NCBI GenBank assembly: GCA_964487865.1
Contig: CAZASP010000001.1
Location: 1-35,030 of the forward strand
Direction: 5' to 3'
DNA: 35,030 nucleotides
Origin: an uncultured Clostridium sp.
GTDB taxonomy: Bacteria > Bacillota > Clostridia > TANB77 > CAG-508
Made by a program: the position numbers and the translations under genes. Positions 7,458 through 17,551 of this stretch are shown piece by piece. The first letter of the stretch is position 1. The number at the start of each line of letters is the position of its first letter. Below the pieces are notes generated by a model. That model had not been told where the DNA came from. It saw nothing but the letters and a program-made list of their open reading frames with translations, and ran no database searches.

Positions 7458-9550
7458 TATTCACCTCCAGTATAAAAGAACCCTAAGCAGGTTCCTTTTT
7501 CTTCATCTTCAAATTCTTCAATTCTAAAATTAGGAGATGATAAATATTCTTCAAATATTAAATTCTTAGAATAATTAACTGTTTGACCTTCGTATTTTTT
7601 CAATAACTCAACTTTATTAGCCATTCTCTCATCAACATATCCGTTATATTGTAACGTTTTTTCATCTGAACCCGTCTTATCCACTATTTCACTACCAGCC
7701 GAGTCAATCGTTTGTCCAGTTGGAGCTCCAGCTTCAGATATTTTTAACCCGTCCTTGTTAAAACTAAAATTGTTCTCTGTGATTACCTCTTTAACACCAC
7801 CGTTTATTCTTTCTTCTAAAATATCAATTGAATAACTTGTCGATGTTTGTAAAGTTTCAACTCTTTTTAATAGTTCGTTTAAATTATCTTCGGCATTTCC
7901 CATTTTATTGTTTAAATCTTGATAAGCATTATCTAGTAAAGTTCTAGTTTCTGATACTTCGCTTCTAATTTGCCCAGCCGTTATTTCTAACAATGCTGTT
8001 ACTTCGGCATTAGTCATAAAAGTATCAGTATACATATTATCAATCATATAAGTAATATCAAAAATGGCTTCTGGAAAACTTTCTAATTGAATGATATTTT
8101 TACCTTGTTTTAGTAAAAGAGGAATGTCATCATAAGTTGTTGTTATGGGTTCATCTAATAAATAAGGTTCATTATTTTCGCTGACTCCTATTCTTTTAGT
8201 GATTGAAACTTTACTAGAATTTATATTTAATTCATCATATATTCCTCGATATTGTCTTAAAGCTAAGACTGGTAACTCATATCTATTACTAGTCCCGTCC
8301 TCATAAGTAATTTTTAAATATCTACCTTTTAAGTATTTAGTTGACGACTTAAATAAACTTTTATTCTTAAAACGTTGACAAGCATTACGAATCTTTAACT
8401 GAAAAGCTGTCGTTTCAAAATTACTCGTTACTTCAACAGAACCCTCGCCAGTTAGACTGTTCACTAAATTTACAGTTTCACTTGCCAATATCGAAATTTT
8501 TGCTTCTAATTCGTTAATTTCACTTAATAATCTTCTAAATTTTTGCAAATTAGTTGTTTTGTTTACAACAGAATTTTTGTTTTCTTCGTTAAATGTTGTT
8601 TTATAACTTCCATAAAAGCCATTCCCGAATTGCCATTTCTTTTGAGCAAATGAAGTTATACCATTTACTTTTATAATGTCTCCTGTGTCAATTGCTGGGT
8701 CTCCCCAAATTTCTACATCTAAACTTTGATATTCAATTCCCTTTACAACATCATAAATATTGTTGACCTCTTCTTGACTGCAACTAAAAATGTCATTTGT
8801 TAAGAAAATAGTCTCGCCAGAATCATCTCCAGCTTCAAATTTCTGAATGCCATTTTCATAAACAACTTTACTAATAATTTTTTTGTTATCGGTTGTATAT
8901 TCTCCTAACATATTTTCGGGTAATTCACAAATTGCTACTTCATTAAATGATTTAATAACTAATTTATTATTTCGCGTAATTTTTGCAAAACCACCTGCCC
9001 GTTCAGATATATATGATAAATAGGTTTTAGCTTTAATTGAATTATCATAAACATTTACTAAAACATCGCCATTTACAAATGACGTATTTTCTAGTTCAAC
9101 TCCAAAAGTTTGACAAATATATTTTAATAATTCAAATCTCGTACATGGTACTATCGAACTATAATCTATTTCATTATCAAACTTATCCATATAATCGTAT
9201 AAAGTAAACTTAGTACAATAATCATCAGTATTATCTATGTTTTTTACAATATAAGTTCCTAAAGGTATAGTTTCTTTTTCTTCTTCGCTAATTATTAAAT
9301 CAAATTCAAAATTAACTTCGGTAAAATCTCCCAAAGATTCTAAAGCTTCATTTGCAAGTTCTAATTCAAATTTTGAAGTTATTGCACTTCCTAATGTAAA
9401 TGATTGATTTTCAAAAATTTCATCTTCGAACGTTAAACTTTTTATATAACTAGGGTCTACTTCCTTATCATTTATAATTACTCTAACGTTTTGTTCGCTA
9501 TTTTCGTCATAAATTAAATCCTTATACTTTTCGCTTGTTACATATGCCAT
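7457..9550 (-). CDS. Tail-associated (Tal-like) baseplate hub protein
   Basis: ~700 aa, immediately after the Dit-like gene and the tape measure. Start at 9550 (MAYVTSEKYKD, AAGGGG RBS, 2 nt after the upstream stop) is preferred over the ORF-track start at 9604. Confidence 0.7.
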   Translation of the reverse strand: MAYVTSEKYKDLIYDENSEQNVRVIINDKEVDPSYIKSLTFEDEIFENQSFTLGSAITSKFELELANEALESLGDFTEVNFEFDLIISEEEKETIPLGTYIVKNIDNTDDYCTKFTLYDYMDKFDNEIDYSSIVPCTRFELLKYICQTFGVELENTSFVNGDVLVNVYDNSIKAKTYLSYISERAGGFAKITRNNKLVIKSFNEVAICELPENMLGEYTTDNKKIISKVVYENGIQKFEAGDDSGETIFLTNDIFSCSQEEVNNIYDVVKGIEYQSLDVEIWGDPAIDTGDIIKVNGITSFAQKKWQFGNGFYGSYKTTFNEENKNSVVNKTTNLQKFRRLLSEINELEAKISILASETVNLVNSLTGEGSVEVTSNFETTAFQLKIRNACQRFKNKSLFKSSTKYLKGRYLKITYEDGTSNRYELPVLALRQYRGIYDELNINSSKVSITKRIGVSENNEPYLLDEPITTTYDDIPLLLKQGKNIIQLESFPEAIFDITYMIDNMYTDTFMTNAEVTALLEITAGQIRSEVSETRTLLDNAYQDLNNKMGNAEDNLNELLKRVETLQTSTSYSIDILEERINGGVKEVITENNFSFNKDGLKISEAGAPTGQTIDSAGSEIVDKTGSDEKTLQYNGYVDERMANKVELLKKYEGQTVNYSKNLIFEEYLSSPNFRIEEFEDEEKGTCLGFFYTGGE

Positions 9551-9552
9551 AC

Positions 9553-9939
9553 TTATTGCCCCTTTATTTTCTTTTTTTGACTGCACGTAAATGATACTTT
9601 CCATCTTGTTTTATCACTTTGTTCGGCTTCATCAGTTTGTATCATTTCACAACTTCTTTTAGCACATCGAAAATCAGCTGTTAGCAGTTTCCCACCTAAT
9701 ACGGGACATTTTATAGTTAATGACATAGGATTAAGCCATGTTAATTTCATTATAGTTTCAGCTTCTTGCTCTGTTAAATAATCAAAACCAAAGGATGCTT
9801 TTACCATTCCTTTCGCTAATGTTTTGTCTATTAAATCAGCGTTAAGTGTTGATCTATAACTGTTTAAATCTAAATCTTCTATATCTAATTTAAAAGATGA
9901 GGGAGACTTTTGTGTCTCCCCATTGCATTTCCATACCAT
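9553..9939 (-). CDS. Small distal-tail-protein-like structural protein
   Basis: 128 aa directly downstream of the tape measure. Call is by position only. Confidence 0.4.
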   Translation of the reverse strand: MVWKCNGETQKSPSSFKLDIEDLDLNSYRSTLNADLIDKTLAKGMVKASFGFDYLTEQEAETIMKLTWLNPMSLTIKCPVLGGKLLTADFRCAKRSCEMIQTDEAEQSDKTRWKVSFTCSQKKKIKGQ

Positions 9940-9947
9940 AATTATAA

Positions 9948-12647
9948 TTACACCTCTTTTATAACAGATACACCTTTTCTTCGATATTTTTCATCAATAT
10001 ATTCAATTACTTCATCAAAGAAATTTTTACCTGCAACATCAATTTTTAATGTATTTACTCTAGTTCCACCAAAATCAATTTCACTCAAAACGTCTCTAAA
10101 CGCACCTTTCATCATGCTTATTGGCGAAGTTATTTCAGGATCACTCTTTGCATTTGCATATTCTCCGAACATTGCTAAAGTTGGCTCTGTTGCTACATTA
10201 CCTGTTTCTAATCTAGGAATTTTGATTTCATCTGTCATTTTTAAATTAAAACCAAATCCTTTCCCACCGATGCCTGGTACCCAATCAGGTATATCAAAAT
10301 GTATATTATTAAGCATTCTCTTAAATGAATTAAAGGCACCTATTAATTTATTAACTAAAAATTCAAATGCAGATATGACCATATTAATAGGAGTTTTTAC
10401 AATTGAGCCAAAAGCATCCATTACTCCTTTAAAAATTTGTTTAATACCGTCCCAAGCTTTTTTCCAATCGCCTGAAAATACGCCACTTACGAATTTAGCA
10501 ATTCCGCCTATGATATCTGACAAGCCACCTATTAAATCACCTAAACCTTTTATAGCTGGTTCTAACATCTTTTTTGTTACATCAACAATATTATCAATTA
10601 CAGGTTTAGCTACTTCCCATATATCTTTTATGGCTTGAACAATATCATCAATCGCTGGCAAGACTTTGTCTATTAAAACAGGTTGAATATACTTTTCATA
10701 CATTTCTAAAAGCCAGCCTGATATTTCTTCGAACCAGCCAAAAATGTCTTTTACAATACCTAAAACTGTATCTAAGGCATTTTGAAAACCATCACTTATT
10801 ACCCATGTTAAAATGAAGTCTCCTATATCCTTAACAAATTTCAAAATATCATTAAAAATATTGGATATCGATTGAAATATTTGAGTTCCAGTATTGCCTT
10901 TATTCCATGCTTCACTTAATCCATCACGAATTTGACCAATAATTTCAAACATATTGCTAAAAATTCCTAGTAATAATGAAATAGTCTCAGTTATTGTTCC
11001 GTTAGTCCAAATCTCTAAAAAGCTTGTGCCAATAGATTCAGCCAAACTAGCTGTGCCACTAAAAGCATCTTTAATGCTATTTATAACATTTACACCCTGA
11101 CTATCCCAAGCTTCTTGAAAAGGTTGAAATATTTTAGAAAATATTTCTTTAGCTTTTTCAAAAAACTTATTTAATGGCGTTATGTCCACATCTTCTACTG
11201 TTATAGTTCCTGCTGTATCTGCATTACCACCAGAACTATCATTTGTAGTTAAATTATTGATATCATCTATGCCACTCAATTGTTTACTTGCTGATACTGC
11301 CTTATTTGTTGATTTAGCTTGTTTATCTAAAGCTTTAGAATTAGCTCGAGCTACTAAATCAACTCCCGTTAATACTTTTACAAATGTTGCAACAACACTA
11401 ACTAATTTACTAAACAAACTTGTTACAAATTCTAATGCTGGAGCTAATAAACTTCCTAGTACATTCCATGAGTTTTGCATAGATTCTGAAAGCTGTGTAT
11501 CAAAACTTAAATAGGCACTTGTTGCCTTTCTTACTAATGTAAAAGCACCCCTTACACCTAACAAACTCATAGTAAACTTCTTTATCGAACTAATTCCTTT
11601 CGATATACCTTTTGATAAACTATCACCTATTCCTGAGCCACTTTTTTTAACATTATCTATATATTTTTTTACATCTTTAAAATGATTTATAAGTGATTTT
11701 ATTTTACTAATTGGTTTATTAACTTTCTCTGCCACACTCCCAATTTTTTCTTTGACTTCTTCAAAAATTCTCTTTGCAACTGTACCAGTATCTTTAAAAA
11801 TATCTGTTATTGGTTTTACTTTAGAAGTAATATCATTAGAAATATCACTAAATTTTCCTTTAATGTTTGAAACCATGTCAGAAATAGCACTAATTCCATT
11901 TTGTTTTAAAGTTAAAAACATATTAGTTACTTTTGTTATCGGGTCTTTGGCATCAGCAAAAACCGTTCTAAAACTGTCTCTAATATTGCCAAGATAAGGT
12001 ATTGTCCCGACAATTTCTTCTTTAAGCATTGAAATAGCATCTTTTAAATTCATAACTTTATATGGGTCAAAACCACTTAATTCTATTTTGGAAAATTGTG
12101 TTTGTAATTCTTTAGTTTTGTTGATAATTTCTTGAATAATCTTATTTATCGGATTATCAATTTTAGTATTACTTACACTTTCTATATTTTGCTTTAATTC
12201 ATCTACTTGTGATTTTGTAGAAGTTAAATCAACTTTTGGCTTTATAGACATTTGAGATTGACTATTATTTGTTGGAGTATCGTTATCATTACTTAAATTA
12301 ATTTTTGATTTTTGACTTTCCATATCTTCAATAGCTTTGTTATATTGCTTTTTAAAATCTTCTACATCTTTTAAATCATAAGAAAAGGAAATATCTCCCA
12401 TATTAATCTTTACTTTTCTTACTTCATCGCTAAAATTTTCTATATCTTTTTTAGCTTTATTTAAATCTTTGGAAAGCCCATTTAATTGCCCACTTTTTTC
12501 TACTTGATTAAATTCTTTTGTAAGAGATTTAGCCATATTTTTTACTTCATTTTTAATATTATTTATATCTTTCTTAGCTTGTTCTATCTTAGCTCTAACA
12601 ATAATATCTATTTCTTCTAAAACTTGAGCTTTATCCATGTTTTTCAC
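9948..12647 (-). CDS. Tape measure protein
   Basis: 899 aa. Coiled-coil N-terminal part, repetitive hydrophobic/Gly-rich centre, position after the chaperone pair. Confidence 0.9.
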   Translation of the reverse strand: MKNMDKAQVLEEIDIIVRAKIEQAKKDINNIKNEVKNMAKSLTKEFNQVEKSGQLNGLSKDLNKAKKDIENFSDEVRKVKINMGDISFSYDLKDVEDFKKQYNKAIEDMESQKSKINLSNDNDTPTNNSQSQMSIKPKVDLTSTKSQVDELKQNIESVSNTKIDNPINKIIQEIINKTKELQTQFSKIELSGFDPYKVMNLKDAISMLKEEIVGTIPYLGNIRDSFRTVFADAKDPITKVTNMFLTLKQNGISAISDMVSNIKGKFSDISNDITSKVKPITDIFKDTGTVAKRIFEEVKEKIGSVAEKVNKPISKIKSLINHFKDVKKYIDNVKKSGSGIGDSLSKGISKGISSIKKFTMSLLGVRGAFTLVRKATSAYLSFDTQLSESMQNSWNVLGSLLAPALEFVTSLFSKLVSVVATFVKVLTGVDLVARANSKALDKQAKSTNKAVSASKQLSGIDDINNLTTNDSSGGNADTAGTITVEDVDITPLNKFFEKAKEIFSKIFQPFQEAWDSQGVNVINSIKDAFSGTASLAESIGTSFLEIWTNGTITETISLLLGIFSNMFEIIGQIRDGLSEAWNKGNTGTQIFQSISNIFNDILKFVKDIGDFILTWVISDGFQNALDTVLGIVKDIFGWFEEISGWLLEMYEKYIQPVLIDKVLPAIDDIVQAIKDIWEVAKPVIDNIVDVTKKMLEPAIKGLGDLIGGLSDIIGGIAKFVSGVFSGDWKKAWDGIKQIFKGVMDAFGSIVKTPINMVISAFEFLVNKLIGAFNSFKRMLNNIHFDIPDWVPGIGGKGFGFNLKMTDEIKIPRLETGNVATEPTLAMFGEYANAKSDPEITSPISMMKGAFRDVLSEIDFGGTRVNTLKIDVAGKNFFDEVIEYIDEKYRRKGVSVIKEV

Positions 12648-12648
12648 C

Positions 12649-12915
12649 TCATTCCATACTTCTTAAAATCTCGATTTGTTCTTCAATCGTTTGATGATGA
12701 GGTTCTAATTCTTCTTCAAATAAATCTTTAAATACATCTTTTACCAAACTTAAATTTTTAGGATGTTTGCTACCAAACGCACAAATTAATTTATTACCTA
12801 ATTCGTCTAACAATTGTATATTATTTTTAATTTTTATTTCGCTTTGCAAAACGTTGGCATTGACATATTCAACTAGTTCTCTATATGTGCAATCCCAAAA
12901 CTCGTTTGGTTTCAT
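12649..12915 (-). CDS. Tail assembly chaperone, -1 frame (gpT-like) segment
   Basis: Lies in the -1 frame relative to 12966..13445. That frame is open from 13149 down to 12649. MKPNEFWDCTYREL is typical of this position. Confidence 0.6.
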   Translation of the reverse strand: MKPNEFWDCTYRELVEYVNANVLQSEIKIKNNIQLLDELGNKLICAFGSKHPKNLSLVKDVFKDLFEEELEPHHQTIEEQIEILRSME

Positions 12916-12965
12916 CCCATAGCTGTAACATTTAGGCTCTATTTTATAAATTAAATCTTTATAAT

Positions 12966-13445
12966 CTAAGCTTTGTATCCTTTGAAATCTTCTTCTTCCA
13001 TTTTTGCTTGGGCTACTGTCCCCATCATGCCATCCATGACTTTTTGAGCTGAGTTCTTTATCAAACTGTTCATGTCTAGATTGATTCCAGTTGTATCCAT
13101 CTTGTCCTTTAAATCTTTCTCGTTCATCTTCTCCTTGAAAAAACCCATTTCATTTACAACCTCAATCACTTCTTTATATAAATCTTTGTAATCTTTATCA
13201 TTTTCTTCTTTCCAATCATCTATGAAATCATAAACTTCTTTTATAGAGTTAAAAGCTGGCTTTTTATCTTCTAATTCGCCAAAAGCTTTAATTAACTCAG
13301 CAAGAACTTTTACATTCCCATCATATAAGCCGTTAAAAATCAACTCATTTAAGTTTTTAGTTTTAAAACTATCTGTCAATTCAACAACCTTTCTCGTACG
13401 TGGTATAATTTTTATTTCTTTATTATTAGTTTTTAATATTATCAT
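12966..13445 (-). CDS. Tail assembly chaperone (gpG-like)
   Basis: Acidic 159-aa protein between the tail tube and tape measure genes. Contains candidate slippery heptamers. Confidence 0.65.
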   Translation of the reverse strand: MIILKTNNKEIKIIPRTRKVVELTDSFKTKNLNELIFNGLYDGNVKVLAELIKAFGELEDKKPAFNSIKEVYDFIDDWKEENDKDYKDLYKEVIEVVNEMGFFKEKMNEKDLKDKMDTTGINLDMNSLIKNSAQKVMDGMMGTVAQAKMEEEDFKGYKA

Positions 13446-13488
13446 CTTTTTTTCCTTTCTATTAAAAATAAGGGAACCCTAAGCGGTT

Positions 13489-13944
13489 TTAGTCGCTTAC
13501 TGGGAACCCTTTGTTTTCTTCAACTTTGCTACTTTTATAAATAGTTAAGTTTTCTTTTAGCATATCATCAATAGCAATAGTATCGTTAGCTAAATCACAC
13601 GTTCCAGTAAATATAAAAACAAGCGGTTTAGTAGCTGTTGCTGCCGTTGCTTCTGGCATTTTAACAAACCAAAAATACTCTTTATCACTATCTGCTAATG
13701 CCTTTAAAGTATCATGCTGTTTTTCGGTAAATAATAATGGGATAGTTAAAGTTTCAGCTGGTCTAATACCTTTCGCTTGTTGTTCTTCATCTAAATCTAA
13801 GGCACTATAATTTATTGCGTTTTTTGTAGTTTTTAAAGGTGGTATTTCTTGAACGTAAGCAACTTGTGTTCTTTCACCCTCTTTTGTGTCTGCATACCAT
13901 AAAGTTGATAACATACTTGTTCTTGGAATGTTTCCTGTTTCCAT
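13489..13944 (-). CDS. Major tail (tube) protein
   Basis: Position upstream of the chaperone pair, 151 aa, strong RBS. Confidence 0.55.
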   Translation of the reverse strand: METGNIPRTSMLSTLWYADTKEGERTQVAYVQEIPPLKTTKNAINYSALDLDEEQQAKGIRPAETLTIPLLFTEKQHDTLKALADSDKEYFWFVKMPEATAATATKPLVFIFTGTCDLANDTIAIDDMLKENLTIYKSSKVEENKGFPVSD

Positions 13945-13964
13945 ATAAAAATCCTCTCTTTCTT

Positions 13965-14357
13965 TTAAATAATTCTTTCAAACGAATTTGTTAATCCGTT
14001 GTAATTAACTTCATATCTTCCGCCATATCTATATTTTTTAGTTAAATCATCATATAAATCAATTGGAGTTCCCATTTGTGCAAAATTACTTTCTCTTAAT
14101 AATTTATTAGTTTCTTGAAACATCTTCATTGATATAGATTTTTTTTCAGTCCACCATTCAATTGTTACAGAAAATTTTGTAAAAATAGGAATATTGTTTT
14201 CAGTTTTTCTTATTGACTGCATGACATTACTAACTACTGATATTGGGAAGATTTCTTCATCAGTAGGATTCGATGTTGTTGTATTACCTAATGTTTCCAT
14301 TTTTCTAACAACATATTTTTGAAATTCTTCTACCGATAATTCTTTTATTTCATCCAT
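13965..14357 (-). CDS. Tail completion/terminator-type protein
   Basis: Position only. Confidence 0.4.
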   Translation of the reverse strand: MDEIKELSVEEFQKYVVRKMETLGNTTTSNPTDEEIFPISVVSNVMQSIRKTENNIPIFTKFSVTIEWWTEKKSISMKMFQETNKLLRESNFAQMGTPIDLYDDLTKKYRYGGRYEVNYNGLTNSFERII

Positions 14358-14361
14358 CTAA

Positions 14362-14865
14362 TCACTTCCTTAAGCTCTCTTTCAATGCTTTAACAAAGAT
14401 ATTAACTGCGTTGTTTTCAAGTTCAAATGCTGTTGGTCTCATGAATGGGAACGGTTGAGTTGGGTACATTATGTAAAATAATTTCCCTGCAACCTTAACT
14501 AACCTGTTTGAATTAAAACTTTTCCCTTTGGCATCAGCTAACTCTTTCGGTAAAAGCCAAAATGTATAGCCACTAGCTTTAAAAATTGTAGTATGACCTA
14601 TATGTGGCATTTCTGCTAAAGTACCTGTCCCATACTCTAAAAATAAAGCAAAATCAAAGTTAGTATATAATCTTCCTTTAACTTCATCTTTTGTAACTGT
14701 AATTTCAATCAAGATGTTATCTTTATCTTTTGAACCTCTTTTGTTTTTTAATGCTATTTCTTGTGCGTGTTTAAGCAATTCTTCCATAGCATTTGGCATT
14801 TGATTTTCTAGTTGTTTTATAATATCTTTTTTATTTTCTTTAATTTTGACTTGACAAGTTAGCAT
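14362..14865 (-). CDS. HK97 gp10-family neck/tail component
   Basis: FLEYGTG motif and size fit the HK97 gp10 family. Position in the head-tail joining block. Confidence 0.6.
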   Translation of the reverse strand: MLTCQVKIKENKKDIIKQLENQMPNAMEELLKHAQEIALKNKRGSKDKDNILIEITVTKDEVKGRLYTNFDFALFLEYGTGTLAEMPHIGHTTIFKASGYTFWLLPKELADAKGKSFNSNRLVKVAGKLFYIMYPTQPFPFMRPTAFELENNAVNIFVKALKESLRK

Positions 14866-15040
14866 CTTCTAAGTTTTCACTTTCAACATTATCTTCTTTT
14901 TTTGTATCTTCGGAAGTATTAGAATTTTGACTTTTTTCTTTTATTTCAACAAAGTTCTTATCTTTTAAAAAAGATTCTACAATAGAGTCTGTTGAAACAT
15001 TATAAATAATTTTAGTTTTTTTATCTTTAAATTTTCTCAT
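14840..15040 (-). CDS. Hypothetical acidic protein (66 aa)
   Basis: ORF with coding-like composition in the operon. No family recognised. Confidence 0.4.
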   Translation of the reverse strand: MRKFKDKKTKIIYNVSTDSIVESFLKDKNFVEIKEKSQNSNTSEDTKKEDNVESENLEDANLSSQN

Positions 15041-15048
15041 ATTACCTC

Positions 15049-15396
15049 TTACTCACCATGATAAATGTTAATTGTATAAGTAGTACATCTACCATTTCTC
15101 AAATATCCAGCGACTGTATAACTAGGCTTAGATTCAGTTACATAATTATCTTGATCAATATTTAGCCAATTAAATGAAATTCCGTCATTTTTGTTTATGG
15201 ATATTTTTTTATCCGTTCTCAATTTAAGAATCTCAAAATCAATATATCCAGCTGTATTTTTATCCAATTCGTTTACATCTTGTTGAACATTTAATAAATG
15301 TTCATCCTTATATTTCCATTTAGTACTTATTTCGCCATCGATTTTAGTTTTAATAGGCTCATAAATGTAACATTTTCTCAAATTAGAAAGTTTCAC
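15049..15396 (-). CDS. Head closure / head-tail adaptor protein (SPP1 gp16-like by position)
   Basis: 115 aa. 4-nt overlap with the upstream connector gene. Confidence 0.5.
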   Translation of the reverse strand: MKLSNLRKCYIYEPIKTKIDGEISTKWKYKDEHLLNVQQDVNELDKNTAGYIDFEILKLRTDKKISINKNDGISFNWLNIDQDNYVTESKPSYTVAGYLRNGRCTTYTINIYHGE

Positions 15397-15695
15397 GGAA
15401 GCCTCCTAATTGCCTTTACATCATTTCTTAATTTTTCTTCAATATCTATATAGGAATCAGAGAGTCCTCCCTCGCTGTTGGAAGAACTCCCCTCTTTTCC
15501 TCGCCTTAAATAAGCACTTTTTACTGCTGTATAAATATAAGGCTCTAATTTATCATCATTTTTTGGTAAATGTGATTCATTTGAAGAAATTTGAGTAAAA
15601 TATTCTATCATTTTTAATAGAACATTATCTGCCTCATCATAATAATTATCACCTAAATCTAATTTTATTTTTTTTAAAATTTCTTGTTTTTTCAT
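15393..15695 (-). CDS. Head-tail connector protein (gp6/gp15-like)
   Basis: 100 aa helical protein after the capsid genes. IKLDLG...DD...L motif resembles the Phage_connect_1 family. Confidence 0.55.
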   Translation of the reverse strand: MKKQEILKKIKLDLGDNYYDEADNVLLKMIEYFTQISSNESHLPKNDDKLEPYIYTAVKSAYLRRGKEGSSSNSEGGLSDSYIDIEEKLRNDVKAIRRLP

Positions 15696-15707
15696 AAAAC
15701 ATCATCT

Positions 15708-16508
15708 CTAGTTTTCTTTTGCTTTTAATTCTAACTCAGTTAAATCAAGTGTATAAAGCACTTTATCATCTACTTCTAGTTGTATTTTTTTAGATTTTCT
15801 ATCATTATCAACAAACATAACATAGTTCCAATCATCTTTATCAGGTTCAAGTAAACTACCTTCAAAACCAAATTTAACATTTTCACTTGGCAAATTTTCA
15901 TGGTTTATATGAAGATGTATGAAATTACCCTCTTTGTGCTCAGAACTATTTTGATAGTTTGTTATATATTTTAAAATACCAGTAACTTTACCATCGCTCG
16001 AAATAGCTATGTCTTGTTGTAAGTTCTCAACAGTTGTGTTGTATGTTTCGTGTGCTCCCTCGTTTGGTTTCACCACTTCATTAGTAGGTTTTAGCATTAT
16101 TAAATCTGCTAACGTCAATGTTCTAGTTTCCTTTTCATCTTGCGTAATTTCAATTTCATTGTTATTATTGTGTATTAACAATAAAATTCTTCCATCTTTT
16201 GGGTCAACACTTTTTGCCTTTTTTTGATTTACATCAGAGCCTTTTAACAAGAATTTAACTGTTCCATCAGGTTTTCCAATGGCTTCATCAAATTGCAATA
16301 ATAAATAATTACCTTTTTGTTCTTTAGCATTGCTTTCATTAAAAGCTGTAAAGTTTTCAACATATTTTGAAATCCCCAAAACTTTATTACCATCAAGACT
16401 AATATCTTCTTGTAAATCAGATATATTTTTGTCGCCTAAAGCTACTCCCTCAGTGGGAACACTTATTTTAATTTTCCCCTCTTCGGGGTCGCTAGGGTGT
16501 TGCATCAA
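15708..16508 (-). CDS. Capsid-associated protein with an internal two-domain duplication
   Basis: Two similar segments: DLQEDISLDGNKVLGISKYVENF...KGNYLLLQF and NLQQDIAISSDGKVTGILKYITNY...EGNFIHLHI. Directly downstream of the major capsid gene. Confidence 0.5.
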   Translation of the reverse strand: MMQHPSDPEEGKIKISVPTEGVALGDKNISDLQEDISLDGNKVLGISKYVENFTAFNESNAKEQKGNYLLLQFDEAIGKPDGTVKFLLKGSDVNQKKAKSVDPKDGRILLLIHNNNNEIEITQDEKETRTLTLADLIMLKPTNEVVKPNEGAHETYNTTVENLQQDIAISSDGKVTGILKYITNYQNSSEHKEGNFIHLHINHENLPSENVKFGFEGSLLEPDKDDWNYVMFVDNDRKSKKIQLEVDDKVLYTLDLTELELKAKEN

Positions 16509-17520
16509 GAACTATTTTAGCAATAGGAATTTCTTTGTGTGGAAAATATCCCTCATTTCCATTTGAAGCTAAATCCCAATTTTCACCTGTTGCTAGTTCT
16601 TCATCCGTAGGTGAATCAGTTGCTTGACTTTTTTGTAAATATGAAAAGCCATAAGGAATTATACATAGTCTTTCACGGCTATATAAGACATCTCTATCAT
16701 TATCTGGGTCTCTATCTACTTCATGTGGAAGTTTTACTCCTAAATTTTCACGAATAATTGAGCCTCTTCCTAAAACATACATTACGTAAGAAGTGGTATC
16801 GGCATCATAAGTTATTTCATCATCAACCATTACCAATCTTCCATTCCATTGTGCTAAATTAAGTTTGACTTCCAAACCATTAGTGTCGTTGTATGTTAAA
16901 TAAGTCAATAATTTTTTGTTTTCTAATTCAGTAGCTTGTAAACTATTCATAATTACTAGTGTAAACTTAGATTTTTTATCTCCACAAGCTTTTTGCATAG
17001 CTTCATTAAGAGTTGTTTCGTTAAGTTCACTAGTTTTAATTTTTAACGTGTGTTTGTCGATAAATTCTTTGCCACCCGTTCCTTTTGAAGAAAAAATTCC
17101 TTTTAAAATTGAAATTAAAGTATCTTCATTGGCATCGTCCCAATAATCGCTTAATTGAGTGGCAATTTGTCCCCAGAAATTAACTTTTGAGGTTATGTCA
17201 TAAGAAAAGTCATCTTCATAGAATTTGTCTTTTCTACCAAAAACAACTGCTCCATAAGTATATGTATCTGTTGTTTTCCCATCATCATACTTGGTAACAC
17301 CATCATAATTAACAGGTTTCCCATTTAATCTTCCAAATAGTGGAATTTTAGCATATTTGGAACCTGTTTGATTTGCAAACGTTTTTCTTACATTTGCATC
17401 ACTTCTAAAAATATCAGCTTTTAATAAGGCATTTAATCTTGTTTTTGGAACAGTATCATAATAAGCTCCAAAAGCTTGTGGATTAAATGATTTCTTATTA
17501 AATTGTACATCTTCGTGCAT
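16492..17520 (-). CDS. Major capsid protein
   Basis: 342 aa directly after the scaffold gene. No prohead protease nearby, so an SPP1-like arrangement. Confidence 0.7.
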   Translation of the reverse strand: MHEDVQFNKKSFNPQAFGAYYDTVPKTRLNALLKADIFRSDANVRKTFANQTGSKYAKIPLFGRLNGKPVNYDGVTKYDDGKTTDTYTYGAVVFGRKDKFYEDDFSYDITSKVNFWGQIATQLSDYWDDANEDTLISILKGIFSSKGTGGKEFIDKHTLKIKTSELNETTLNEAMQKACGDKKSKFTLVIMNSLQATELENKKLLTYLTYNDTNGLEVKLNLAQWNGRLVMVDDEITYDADTTSYVMYVLGRGSIIRENLGVKLPHEVDRDPDNDRDVLYSRERLCIIPYGFSYLQKSQATDSPTDEELATGENWDLASNGNEGYFPHKEIPIAKIVLDATP

Positions 17521-17551
17521 TCTTAATCACTTCCCTTTCTTTTTTACACGA

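Noticed and set aside
9551..9604. ORF-track start at 9604 for the Tal-like gene (MESIIYVQSKKENKGAIS...)
   Set aside because: It would overlap the upstream gene by 52 nt. The ATG at 9550 has an AAGGGG RBS and begins 2 nt after the upstream stop.
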